A stretch of 59,724 nucleotides of DNA, counting the filler, from Platydemus manokwari (taxonomy: Eukaryota): NCBI GenBank assembly GCA_037951405.1. It is 6 parts of 6 records of this genome, joined end to end, with 100 filler letters (N's around TTAATTAATTAA, not from the genome) between each part and the next. Parts side by side here need not be neighbours in the genome. Positions count along the whole stretch, not along the records: positions 32,128 to 41,175 come from JBBMOY011307872.1; positions 41,276 to 50,780 come from JBBMOY011239653.1; positions 50,881 to 59,724 come from JBBMOY011340538.1; 3 more parts are not named here. One strand, given 5' to 3'. A program made the position numbers and the translations under genes. Below, piece after piece: positions 39,521 through 52,800 of this stretch. Numbering within the stretch: position 1 is the first letter of the stretch; every line of letters starts with the position of its first letter. The notes below the pieces were generated by a model that had not been told where the DNA came from, did not search any database, and saw nothing but the letters and a program-made list of their open reading frames with translations.

Positions 39521-40459
39521 TCACAATTGTGAAGTCTTTATTAATATTGAGGCCATTCTATTCTTAATCAGCGTTCGCACACGCTTTGGCCAGGTAAGAC
39601 ATATTGCCAAAAACAATCCTTGTAAACAATTGATTGCCATTATAATTTTAAAAAGCATAAATGATGAGGCATAATATACAATTATTTGAACAATATATCC
39701 AATTCCCAAAATCACCGTCAATCTCAAACAGATCCCCAATGTTAAATGGGATTTTTTGAGTCTAAATTGTTGGGAATTGGTATTAGTTTTGATCAATCTA
39801 TGAAAAATAAAGACAGATGCACAGAAATTCCATAATAAGAGAAGACAAATCGGAACTAAATACCAAACATACATTGCTAAGCTATTTTGGAACCAACAAA
39901 GCGTTCCACCGAATTTGGGATTAATAGACGAATTTTCACCAACAGTGAATTCCAGAATCGATGATGTACCAACAATTACAGTAACAAAACTCATTCCTAT
40001 CAGAAAATACATACCGAATGATTTGCGACTTTTCTCAATTTTGATTTCCGCAGGTTTAATAACCAATGTTTGAAACAAGTGCAGAGCATAAATCGACATC
40101 CATGTAAATTTAGACAAAACAGCAAAGTGTTCCATTATAGCAAAATATTTGCAAAATCTGTCATCATAAAATGAATTTATTCCTAAGACAAAAAATATAT
40201 TTTCCAATAAACTGGAACAACTTAGACACAAAATTATATAACCGGTGAAATTGTGGAGTGCCTTTTGAGTTGAATATAGAATTATTAGCAATAAAAGTGA
40301 TATTATTGATAAGGCGGTAAATATTGTAATGATTAAGGTTTCAATGTTGAAAGACTCGTTATTCTTTTCCTTGGAATTTTGTGAATGAGTAGTTTCATGG
40401 CATAAAATCACATTTTTTGCAGTAATGATAATGAAAATCGTGAAAAAAATGAAATTCAT
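39521..40459 (-). CDS. Intronless class-B-like GPCR paralog with minimal ectodomain
   Basis: Signal peptide (MNFIFFTIFIIITAKNVILC; alternative upstream ATG at 40501), ~20-aa N-terminus, then a 7TM region clearly paralogous to 35265-36905 (FCKYFAIMEHFAVLSKFTWM, PKFGGTLCWF, WYLVPICLLLLWN, CLQGLFL..WPKRVR). Confidence 0.88.
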   Translation of the reverse strand: MNFIFFTIFIIITAKNVILCHETTHSQNSKEKNNESFNIETLIITIFTALSIISLLLLIILYSTQKALHNFTGYIILCLSCSSLLENIFFVLGINSFYDDRFCKYFAIMEHFAVLSKFTWMSIYALHLFQTLVIKPAEIKIEKSRKSFGMYFLIGMSFVTVIVGTSSILEFTVGENSSINPKFGGTLCWFQNSLAMYVWYLVPICLLLLWNFCASVFIFHRLIKTNTNSQQFRLKKSHLTLGICLRLTVILGIGYIVQIIVYYASSFMLFKIIMAINCLQGLFLAICLTWPKRVRTLIKNRMASILIKTSQL

Positions 40460-41025
40460 TTCGATTACTTCTGATGAGACCAGCTTAATAAATGAAAACA
40501 AAATAAATTTACTAAATATCGGTAAGTGAAAAACAAGTCATTATAATTACTAATAGAAAGTGTTGTCTAGAATTGAAGACAAATGACACTAAAATAGATT
40601 TAAATGTGTTTTATAGAGTTAATTAGTTATTATTATTATCTTTGAATTACAAAATTGTTTCACTAAAAGTTGTATACAAGGAAAAAATCACCGTGAGCTT
40701 AATATCAACATAGTCAAAAATTTATTCGCCATTTCCTAGGAGATTTGTGTACAGTGTAAATTAGCAAGAGAGTTGTAAAGCAACTCTAAGATTGACTGAA
40801 GCAGTTCTATGATAATGAGTATAGATTTATCTGCGAAAAAATATGTTCATTATATACTTTGAAACTACTCTTATTAAATGATACTTTGGTATTTTTTTAG
40901 ATAGTTTCCCAAACTTGATGATGCCACGTTGTAGTAATATCTAATCTAATAGAGATATTTGAAGTTACTAATAAAATGTATTAGCTCTGATTAACAAAGA
41001 GCAAATCAAAGGACCACATTTTCAC

Positions 41026-41175
41026 GTCTGTTGGCCTATTTTGTATATGGTGCTCACCCAAAATTTTATAGAGCAGTTGGCGATGGGACGGGTGTGTCGT
41101 CAGTATCACATAGACTGCCCTTACTTGGCAGGACCTTTCCTGCCATTCAACTTAGGCTGGATCAGCCTAGCAGAC
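41026..41175 (+). other. GC-rich multi-hairpin element of unknown class, truncated by spacer
   Basis: Hairpins tggcagga/tcctgcca and taggctg/cagccta; a longer stem gagcagtt..gactgccc; terminal pairing gtctgttgg/ctagcagac. Confidence 0.35.
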
Positions 41176-41275
41176 NNNNNNNNNNNNNNNNNNNNNNNNN
41201 NNNNNNNNNNNNNNNNNNNTTAATTAATTAANNNNNNNNNNNNNNNNNNNNNNNNNNNNNNNNNNNNNNNNNNNN
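41176..41275. other. Artificial contig spacer
   Basis: 44N-TTAATTAATTAA-44N. Confidence 0.97.
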
Positions 41276-41949
41276 GATTATCATCGCAATTATTTTCTAA
41301 TTTCAATCTATAAATACTCATAAATTTCAATAATTTTTTATGGTTACTTGTTATTTTTATCATTTATAATTTTCTAAGTCAGACTTGTTTCGCGTATCAT
41401 GACTATTTATGATTTTTTTTGTAATTTTAGGTCCTCGATGAATCTTTTAGTTATCCTTAAATTTTAAATGTTCTAAGTGTTTACTATAACGTTAGTTCGT
41501 CTTTTTTTCGCTTTGTAAAATTGTTTGAGTTTTACTTTTTTTTACTTGATAAAATTTTCAATTCAATTTTGTGGATCCTATCTTAAATTTACATTGCCGA
41601 TACGTTATGTTTGTTTTTCGGATATTTGTAAGTCTGAGAATGTGGAACTTGAGAATTTCTATTTCGTTTCTTGGTTAATTGGTTTTTTGAATCTTTTGAC
41701 ATTTTTACTAATTTGTTGATAGTTTTTCTTTCTTTTGTTATTGAAAATTAAAAATTAATTATCTAGTATGTATCTTTTATGGTAATGACTAATATTTAAT
41801 ACATTTACAAGTTATAATTGTTCTGATTCACTATATTTTTGCGTGTATTTCATTGTGATATTGCTAACTATCATTGTTTGGTTCTTTTATTTACAATCCA
41901 GTTAGTTCGACTGAATCAATGCCGAATTTCGTCATCCTGGGAGTAGGCC

Positions 41950-43410
41950 CACGCGTCGTCCTAGATGTCGATTTCTGTTTGGTTGCATGCCATTTACTGG
42001 TTTTTGGATTCCATGTTTTGGTGATAGTCTTACTGGTCTTTTGCATAATTTATGTGTGCTAGAATTAATTTGTATGTGACTGTTTCCACAAGATCATTTT
42101 TGTAACCTAATTTTGATTGTATTTTGTTTTTTGTGTAGCCCATAGTCCAAGGAGTCTAAATACAAATTTATGTAGTATATCTATCCATTTGAGTCTTACT
42201 TTTCTTATCTCATGTTTCAGGGCTTCATCTCTGTTGAGATTGGCTTCATCAGCATTTCGTTTCAATCTTGGTTCATCTATTCTGTATTTGATATCTATAA
42301 GTATGATGAGATTCTTGCGTTCAATGATAATTTGAAAATCTATTCGGAGACTTGATCCAGTGAACTAGCTGGCTTTCTCTCGGTGTACAATGTTGTCCGA
42401 GTGCTGATTGATAAATTTTCGAGAATACGTACAATATTCACATGACTATTTTAGTCGTATGAATGGGAGACATAACAAATTGTAAATAGGTGAGTGTGGG
42501 ATTTGGCTTCGTATAGACATTTCCGGCATTGATGGCCTTTAATATATTCCCAGTTTATCCTAGGTAGGGAATTCGATCTTACTTTGTTAATAAATACAAA
42601 ATCAGTGATGGTTAGAACATCGCTGAAAACGATTTTCTTCCGAATTGGGCACACTTTTGGTATTAGATTTGTATACCTGTCAGATCTGATTTGTTTTATC
42701 CGCAGTAACTGATAGGAGTTTCGGAAGCTTTGGCTTGGCAATTTAGGGATTCCTACGATAATAATACGATTATAATATCTTAAATTATCTCGCTGTCCTC
42801 GGTATTGATGTTCTATCATACTTGGATACCGATTTCTCCGTCAATTAATTCGAAGATAACGGTTGTGAATAGCTTGTTGTTTGCATGATTAACTGCTTCA
42901 CGAATTTCCTCCCGCCATGTTTAACTCTTCTTGGTGCTGTTTTGTAATGCATCCGTTATGGCTTGTTTATCATCTACAGATCTCATTAAAGATTCTCGGG
43001 CTATGGATCTTGTTGATTCTTGATTTATATACAGCGACTAAATGAGCATTGTGAATGGAAATTGTAGACTTCAATCTTTGTCGAATGAAATCAAAGAATG
43101 ACTTTTTATCATTGTTATCAATGATATCAATGGGCCAGATTGGCCAGTTTTCTTTTGTCAAATAATCACAAATTATTTCGTTACAAATGTTTTCCATGAA
43201 AAATATTTCATGATCTGGTTGGTTGTTTTCATGAAGATAAATGAGAAACGGTTTCATATTATGTGGACTATTAGCAAGATTGCTACGAAAGGCTAGTTCG
43301 AAACCACATTTCAACAATTCCGGAGTTCTCATTTGTTGATGAAATGTATTTTGTAAATAATTAAAAAATTTATCATTGATATTTTCAAATATTTCACTCA
43401 TGATTATCAA
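41950..43410 (-). mobile_element. Decayed RLE-type (NeSL/R2-like) non-LTR element: CCHC + endonuclease, preceded by an unassigned 146-aa ORF; RT missing
   Basis: DFVFINKVRSNSLP..CRKC...SHTHLFTIC, then SLRIDFQI..IILIDIKY..FVFRLLGLW..KWHAT. Multiple frameshifts. Confidence 0.75.
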
Positions 43411-45595
43411 TAACTATATCAATGTCAATAAACAATCAATTTAAACATCAAGCCAACATCTTTGATTATTGGGTATCCGTCCCTCCTCTTTGTATATTTT
43501 TTTCTTTTTAACATTTTCTGTCTTATTTTAGTTAATTACTAAATTTAGCAAAAACCAATAGGTTTTGTTTGTTTTTTGCTAATCCTGAATTGTCGATTAT
43601 TAATAATTATGATATTTTTGGATCACTTCTTATTTTGTTGATAGCTATTCTTCCGTTTTTATCAGTCTCTATGACCAGTGTTCAGTACCTAAGTGTACTG
43701 TTTCTATTGTTACCGTTACATTTAATTAAACTCTGACTCCAAAATAGAGTGCAATTAATATATTTTTTCTTGTGTACTATTCTGTACAAAATTGGTCATT
43801 TTTCATCAATTTTTATATTTGCGACCTGTATGTAATTTTTGAGTAGTGTTGTATCATATTTTGATCAAATATTTGCTATTCTATGTTCCTATTGGATTTT
43901 TAAGTTTTTGCATGAGTGGGATTGGTCCATTCCTATGTGCGTGTATTGTTATGTGGGTATGTCCCTTTTCCAATTGTCGTTTACCATCTAACTTCACTAT
44001 GTTTCGCTGATCGCTATGCTTGTATGGTTGTGTTTAAAGAATTTAAACAAGGGTTCCAAAGTGCAAAAAAGTTTTTCTTTTTGCATAATTCAATTTTACT
44101 CAACATTACAAAATATTTTTTCACCTCGCACTCAACCTATAATATGATGATTGTTATACTAAATTCCCTATTCGTCTTAATTTAATGCAAAGCCTAATAT
44201 TTATCACTTTGACAATGAAAAGGTGATATCGCTACAAATGATTCTCTTGCTATTACAAATGAAATTATTCTAACGATCTAATTAATTACAAAATAACACG
44301 TTTGGTTGCAAATACATTATATTCTTTGATAACAAATACTCTGAAGGCAAATACTCAAATAATCAGTTTAACATGAAATTAAAATTACAAAGTCCATACA
44401 TTATAGTGATTTATAAGACTCTTCTTCTATAAAACGGAAATGTATGAGTTATCTATAAATCACAAATAGGATTTTTACAGAACGATATAGTCACTTTAAC
44501 TTTATTTGATTAAGAGTCGGGTTTTTATTCATAGAATTAATGAACTGGACATATTAGTTCTTATAAATTCCTTCAAATCTGTCTGTAGTGGTTTGGGTAA
44601 GAAGATGAGGCTATTAGGTTTTCCAAACCTATTTATATTGTTCCATATTACATCAAAACATATTTTTGTTTGAGGTATTTAATTATTTAATTTGGGTGAT
44701 TTTTATTTTATCCATTGTTATTTGACAAATATTTTTGACACTGTGAATTATGGGGAAATATGTGAGTGATTTTATGGTTGACTAAGTTGGTTAAGAATGG
44801 GCTTTCTTAAAAACTATTTATGTAATAATATTAAAGATTCCAACCAAAATATATAAATAAAAATAATTTAATAGAGAACTCTTAGCTAAAATAAATGTAT
44901 TAAAATGAAACTTAATATTTTTAGAATTAAATACAAATAGACAATATTAAAATAAAATAACAATTGTTGAATTAAAATAATTATTGATCAAAAAATATAT
45001 ATTAAAATAAAATAATAATAATAAAATAAGATAAAATTAAATAATCTAACAAATTGTTGCACGCAAAATAGTATATAAAGCCATGACAGTCAGTTGTTGA
45101 CTGCCATTTAAGAAAAAATACAAAAGTGAAACTGCGATATCCAGGTAAATTTTAATTTTTTATCTACAATGAATCGATTTGTAAAAATATTAACAAATAT
45201 CAGTGGAATTTTTTGTGCATTATACACTTAACAGATTTTTTAAACTATTCGATCCTTTATTTATTCACAATTTGGACTTTAAAAGTTGTATACTGTGATA
45301 TAAAATATCATTAATTGATCAACTTATTGCATATTGGAGTCAGATCATGTAATTATAGATATAATCCAATTAATATCAAGATTTTTGGCAGCAAATCAAT
45401 AACTCTTGATTTATTTAATAATCAAATTGGTACAGAAAACATTTTCAAAATTAGTTTCTTTCTTTAAATTGTTAAAATTGTAAATACATGCCATTCCAAA
45501 ATCTTAACCATAGAAAATAACAAATAGAAACGAAAACAGAAAAATACTTAAAAAGAATAAATAAACAATTTTTTAATCAAAACAAAATGTTATTA

Positions 45596-48500
45596 TCAAT
45601 TGGTTAATATTTTTGCAAACCATAGCCCATAGATCGTCCACTTCAAATCACTTTGTTTATCACGATGAATAACCTCATCTGATGTATTCGCTGATACAAC
45701 TAGAAACCAACCAAAATCTTTTAATGCATTTATAATTGCCATTAAAGCTATGTGGAAAATTAGAGCACTAGCGTCATTTCCTTGAAAAGGATCTCCTTCA
45801 AAATCAATTGAATTGGCTACACCGAAAATTGACCTCTAGAAAATACATCAATAAATGATAAAATCTGATAAAGTTAAATATGGCATATATACAATCCAAT
45901 CTAATTTCATTTAATAAAATGATATATCAATACCCTAATAACATAAATTAGTTCAGAATATGCTTTGATCCAATTAGTTGGTTGATTTATTATATGTGAA
46001 TTTATAGTATTTGTCAGCCGTTACTATTTTATAAAACAAATTAATATAATTTTATATAAAACCTGAATAACATCTTTAAAAATTTTATTCGTTTAAAGAT
46101 TTTCAGATGCCCCTTTTTTTAAAATTTTGATTTTCTTTATTTTCTTATTTGACTTTGTATCGAATACTCTACATATTCATCTACATAAAAATCTCTAATT
46201 CTTCTATCTTCTCTACATCTTTATATATTCTCAATATCTTCCACTTCTCTTCCATAATTTTCAGTCATTGATCGCCTCAGAATCGTATCCATGTGGGTGG
46301 TCTCTATGTCAATAGCGTCAATTTTATAAATCTCGCTTTGAAAACGGACTGAAAAGTCAAGAAAACAAATAATATATTTAAATATCATTATATAAACAAA
46401 TGGATATAATTTTATATAAAACCTGAATTACATCTTCAAAAATTTTATTCGATAAAAAATTCTAACAATATTAATAATTTTATAATCTAAAATAAGAATA
46501 GCTAAGTACTCTTTCAATACAAAACCATATTATAACATTATTAACATGATCATAGATTTAAAAAAATCAAGCAAGAATTATTGAATATCAAAATTTCCTT
46601 ATAGATTCAAAAGATTTTCCTCATTGATCCATTGTAAATATTTCCAGAATGAGTTATATTTCGATGAGGCTTATATAGAATATAATTTTAAGCTGGTAAC
46701 CAATTAGGAAAGTTCGGCATATTTGTCTATCCTTACAATATTGACAATATAACACATCTCTAGTTTACGGAATTTAATTTTATTGAAAATATATTAAGCG
46801 ATTCAGTATTTAATAATTCTTTATATTATTTTCAAAATCTGTAATTGTATATTTGTAATCATAAATATTATATTTAATTTATAAGCTAACCGCATTCATA
46901 TTCCAAACATTCAATGATATCAGTCTCCAACAGAATTATTTTAAATCTAATATATTTAAAACTCGATAAAAATAAATGTTTTTAATTAAAAGGCTATTTT
47001 AAAATTGTTTAGAAATTTCATTATCTCGTGTTTTTTTAATTAATCTTTCTAATAATCTTCACATCACTTATATACTAAAAATCTTTGATTTCTTAGACAT
47101 CTCGTGTTATCGGCATATCTTTTCGCATGAGACAGGTAACCCGTTTTATTTTTATTCCTCTTACTTTATTTGAACCTTTATATTTCTATTAGTCTTTATT
47201 TCGAACTATTCACTTTATCAACATTCTGTCGCCTATTTTTCAATTGGATTATCTTCATTTCCACATTTATTTTAATTAATTTGTAATCTCAATTTTTCTT
47301 TGGAATTATTCTTCATGAGCATGCCATTGTAATCAGAATATTTTGCTTCCAAATAAATCACATTCACTGATTAAAAAGAATATCATCAGAGAGGTTTAAA
47401 AATGTAGGCTTCAATCAGGATAATATTTCATGATAATCGATTTTAATATTCAATGAATATTTTTATAGGAACAATTATGAATGTTTTAATTAATTGATTA
47501 TTATAATAAACATTTTTTCATTTTGAAAACCTCTTCTTTTAACAAGACCAAATCGAAGTCTATAATGGCCAAAGGTTATCACTGATAAATTATAATGGTA
47601 AATCTGTGTAACTATTACATAACCACATATAAACAATTGGAATATCAATTACTAATCAAATCAATATTTAATAAATATAATGCTTTCATACCCTTATCGA
47701 TTGTCGATTTATTGCATAGTTTTCAATGAAGGATTTCTCGACGATATTTATCACTTCCTCATTAGCATTAATTAAGCAAATACTTTTATATTTTCGTGGA
47801 CAAAGGCAGAAATATTGCATTCTAACTGGAGGAATTCTAACAAACGCAATACTGCTCATATCTCGAACATCTCTGGTACAATCTATTGATTCGATAGGTA
47901 ACCAACCAATCGTAGCTAAGTCCTGATAATAAATAATATACACATACACACACATATACACATTTGTAAAATATTTATTTTATTCGCATTGTACTCGCAT
48001 TTATTTAGCACTTTTAGATGACAATTTATTACTAATATTTTTTAAAACTGTTAAATTACTATTGAACGTTGATATAGAATAGTTTCACCAGAAATGATTT
48101 ATTCATGAGATAATTTATATTGAGATATTCACCTATCCAACACAAAATAACTTCACACAATAACTTGCTCGGCTGACAAATTTAAATCAACAGAAAAGTT
48201 TTTTAATGTTAATGTTTAAATTTGTCAAAATTATCGTCTATGAATATCGGACTAATGATCGCAGATTTTACAAAAATAAAATATTTTTCAAATCTAATCG
48301 TCATTACAACATCTTCAAGTTTATAACATGGATGTGCCACTTCAAATGTAATACATATATGAAGATGTAATGGAATCACTATATTGATTGCAAATAAGCC
48401 ATGTAACCTAATAAAAAACATTAAAATAAATTAAAATGGATTAGAAAGGTATCTCTGATGTTAATGTACTTCACCGTGTTAAATTCTTAACAATAACCAG

Positions 48501-50501
48501 ATATATAAAAATATTTGAGGTTTAAAAATTCTTTGGATAAAATAATCAATAAATAAACAAACTTGAAATATTATAGTCATTAATCTTCGGGTTTCCATCT
48601 CTTTCTCACCACGTCGACTCCAAATATGACTAACAAGCTTGACAGCAGGAAAATTATGTTTGACTTTAACTAATTGCACTCCTTTCCTTTCATGTGCGCT
48701 ACATGATTTGGCAATTGTATTTGTTATCACTTTTATAAAATAAGAAAATAATATGCATCCATAACATATGTTCATTCATACTATCATCGCCTCCTAATAT
48801 GGAAAAATAATTGGTTCCCATTAGAGCTAACATGAAATAATATTCTGGCATCGTATCTGGACATGTCATATCGAAAGAATTAGCAAAATAACGAAAAAAC
48901 AATGTATCTGATGCATCAGATTTCATGGCAGTCGAATTAACCAATCTCCAATTATGATGGCTCATGAATCTGATAACACATAGAACAAGATATCTTGCAT
49001 ACAAACTCTCGATACCTTCATTAATCTATTAATGAAACATATCTTCAAATTAAACTGTACCATAACATTGCCATGGATAACCATTTAATTTTACAGACCA
49101 CGAACGCTCAGAGTGTGGAGTTTCTATGTCCTGTATACCTCTAGGCCAACTTTTTCGTATGCATTCAATAATGGAAGTTTCCAATACTTTAGGGAAATCA
49201 ATAAACTGAAATCTATAATAGATTTTGATTTGAAAGAAATGAATATGAATTTTTGTTATAAATTTGCATTATCATCTTTCATTATTTTAATTGGATATTT
49301 TCGAACATTTGATTTGAATAATGATGGGGTTTATGAGATATTTTGTCAACCCAGAAAATCCAATAATGAAAATATCTTGACAGATTTGAACTTTTATAAA
49401 GACTATCTGAATGTTTAATGATTCATCTTTAACTCATTTGATTTCAATCAGGATTGAGGTTTTGTTTAAAATATCGACAAATAATAAATAATAAAATTAT
49501 TATTTAGTTTATAAATTGATGAAATATGCCATTAAATAGATAACATTGGGACAACACGGTACAATTTTATTCAATTAATTAAATCAATTTAGACGTTTTT
49601 AATGTTTTAATAGGTTAATGTAAAATGCTAGATATTCAAATATATCAGAATTATCTAATAAGTACGATAAGAAGCCTTTTCAATAAAAAATAAAAGCGAG
49701 ATATATAAAGAGAATTTCTATCTATTTAGTGTTTATGGAATAATATTGAAATAGCAATAAAATGCTCTAAATAATTCTGTCATTTACAATCAACTCTTAA
49801 CAGTCGTTCTAATTTCACATTTAAAAATTTCAATTATTTCTGCTAATGAGTAACTCAACAACAAATTAAACATAGATATTGAACTCTATCTTTAATTTTC
49901 ATAATTCATAAATGTATTTTGTAACATAACTTGTGTTCATATATTCATGATGCAATCAATTATCTTGCCTTCGTTTAAAATAATATTCAGCAGATTCCAA
50001 ACAAAAATCATAAAATAATCATATATTGTTTATTAGTTAGATAATCATAAATAACAGCATATTGTATTGGGTATGAGGGTTAATAATATTTTATAAATTT
50101 AGAGGGGCTGAATCCAATTTCTAATTATTTATATATCATTTATAATTATATTCAAATAAAGCTAAAAATATTAAAAATCAAACAATGACATAATAATAAT
50201 AAATTATCAATTATTATATTTACCTATCATATGTGCTTAATCCTATCGCACAGAAATCATTTTCAATAGTTCCACAACTGATCATGAAAGGATTGATTTG
50301 CTTATAAAAAAACCAAGTAGACAAAGAACCTTGATAGGTCAAAGTTGGTGAATTAATTAAGCTCCATCCAAAACTACAAAATGTTTTATGAAATCTACAA
50401 AACATCTGCTTTATCTGGCCAGTTTTTTTATCATTATTGAAATGACTCGACATCCATGATTGTAGTTTGAATTTAACAACGACAGGACAATACTGTTCAA
50501 C
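45596..50501 (-). CDS. Multi-exon uncharacterised protein with three internal alpha/beta repeats (5' end probably beyond ~50700 or the spacer)
   Basis: Exons ~50501-50224, ~49215-49063, ~49017-48770, ~48735-48563, ~47922-47692 and 45835-45596 give a recurring pattern [WPRGIQ..VKLNGYPW..AR.L..(G/N)W.L..S..DTLFF / STWFF / GLWF]. GT-AG junctions. One internal junction and the start are unresolved. Confidence 0.8.
46028..46460 (+). repeat. Intronic ~70-bp direct repeat pair (46028-46100, 46390-46460)
   Basis: atataattttatataaaacctgaat.acatctt.aaaaattttattcg occurs twice. The adjacent actgaaaagtcaaga also occurs at 22138. Confidence 0.8.
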
Positions 50502-50780
50502 CTATCAATAAACAACCCATATTGTTCATAATTCATTATTGTTGTTTATTTGGCATCAATGATTTATTAATTACTTATTGACAAATTATATTTGATTATT
50601 TTAATACTTATATAGAAATCTTCATTAATTGAAGCACTCAAATGAAATAAGATTTAGTTTCATCGCCAGCAATGCATCAATACTGTCAAGACTGGACCTA
50701 TATGAAGTAGTTAGCATGTGTATTATAAAATATTTTATTTTAAAATTTCATAAATAATACAGTTGTAAGAGTAGATTTGA

Positions 50781-50880
50781 NNNNNNNNNNNNNNNNNNNN
50801 NNNNNNNNNNNNNNNNNNNNNNNNTTAATTAATTAANNNNNNNNNNNNNNNNNNNNNNNNNNNNNNNNNNNNNNNNNNNN
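50781..50880. other. Artificial contig spacer
   Basis: 44N-TTAATTAATTAA-44N. Confidence 0.97.
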
Positions 50881-52018
50881 AGGTACAAAGTACCGAATCT
50901 CAGCATCTATATAAGCTGATGGATTTCCATCACAATTCACTCTCTAAAAATTCGATAAAAAAACTAAGTGATTCGAGCTGATCTTACTAGTAATAGGAAA
51001 TAATTATCGGTTTAAATAATAATTTTTATTAATCCTATTAATATATTTGAACTCTAAAGGATCTCTTTTGGAGTTAGTAATATCAATAACAAAAATCTAT
51101 AATAAAGTTTTGGGTTCTCACGGTCTCTGTGAAACATTTGTATTGTTTGTTTTTGTGTAATATATAAATTGCTTAATACAAGTTTTTAACAACTCTGATT
51201 GTTATCCTTTTATATAAGAATTTAAACATAAAGCAAATGAACTCACACTGTTGAGTTGACCTAACAACTTTTAACATCCATCATAACCCAACAGAATACA
51301 AATAAATATTATAAAGTGGACTCAAATAACAAAAAAATGTAAAAAATTCAGACTATCATTTCGGCAGGAAAGATTGTCTCAGTTGCAATTTTGACATGAC
51401 AATCAAAAATAGTTACGCGAGTCTAAACATCAAACTATTCGAGTAGATGTCATTTGAAACTTGTAAATTAATCCTGATTAATCTCACCACAAAATAAAAA
51501 TTATTTATTTACCACTAGTATTCAATTATTATTCTACGATTTCGAATTACGAAACAATTCAAGAAACATCACGATAAACCATTTTGCGGTACACTAGTAG
51601 GTAGAATCAGATTTTTAAAGTAAATTCCACTCTCTCTTTGGTAAATTAATAATATCGGCTTGATTCTTGGTGTTTATTAAATAGTGTATATTTATGTTAA
51701 TTAAATATATCTTTAAGATAGCAAAGCGATTTATTTATTACACAACCAGTATTGTATTAGTTTATTATCGATGTAAAAATATTTGTCATTAGCTAAAAAA
51801 ATTGAATTTTAATTATTTATCAACATGGAGAATTGGAAAATTCCATCTGAATATTTTTATTTTTGTCTGTAAGCCTTGGAGAAAGTTAGTTGATGAAATA
51901 ATTCATTAAAGTCAAAGGCTTATACAAAAATATGCATTGAACACAGGGGCAAATATTTTTTAGTAAAGAACTCAAATAATAAATAAATCAGAATCAGTGA
52001 TTAGAAATTAGAGTCACG

Positions 52019-52800
52019 CTAAGTATCTTGCTTCTGTTTTCTCATTTTTGGCATAATCATGTTTTTTTCGACATTGAAAACACTAAATTTTGCCAATTCG
52101 AGGAAATCCAACAGGATACTATGCTGCTCACTTATCCGATATCGTAGTTGAAAGTTGTATTCCGATACGTTGATCATCCATGATTGAAACTGAAAACCAA
52201 TTCGTAAAAGACCAAAAAGCTCTTTCTTTGTCACACAGTAATTCTTTAGTGGCTCATCAACAACTGCGACTAATAAATTATCACTACTTCTAATTCATCT
52301 TTTGTAATCTGACTTAACTCTGCATGAATTATTGCATAAACTTGTGTTAAAATCCATAATAAATGCTTGGTTTTCTTGAGAATAATCCAGAATGAATGTT
52401 TCACACAAAATTGACTTCAATTTCATAAACCTTTCTCGGAATACTTCTGTCCATTATGGACCTCTAGTATTTCAAGATATCTTTGCATAGTTCTTGATGA
52501 ATCTTTTGTAGTAATTTGAAAGACACAAAAATAATTTTAACTTTGAGAAAGCATTTTAGTTCTTGAACATATTTCATTTGAACAAATTTATCAGCTCTTG
52601 TTCTTACTTTGTCTTTGCTTACAACTTGACCTAAGAATTTAATGTCGTCACTTAAGAAAAAATATTTATCTGGATTGATCTTATATACTTCCTATACGCA
52701 ACAGATCGAAAACTAATTCGTCAATTTTCTTCTCCATAATCAACATTGTCTTCTCGGATTTTGAAATTTTGGACATCAGTAGCTTTGAACTTGCGCGATA
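52019..52800 (-). mobile_element. Decayed Gypsy RT-RNase H fragment
   Basis: KINPDKYFFLSDDIKFLGQVVSKD (RT end) and KNYCVTKKELFG (RNase H). Confidence 0.8.
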
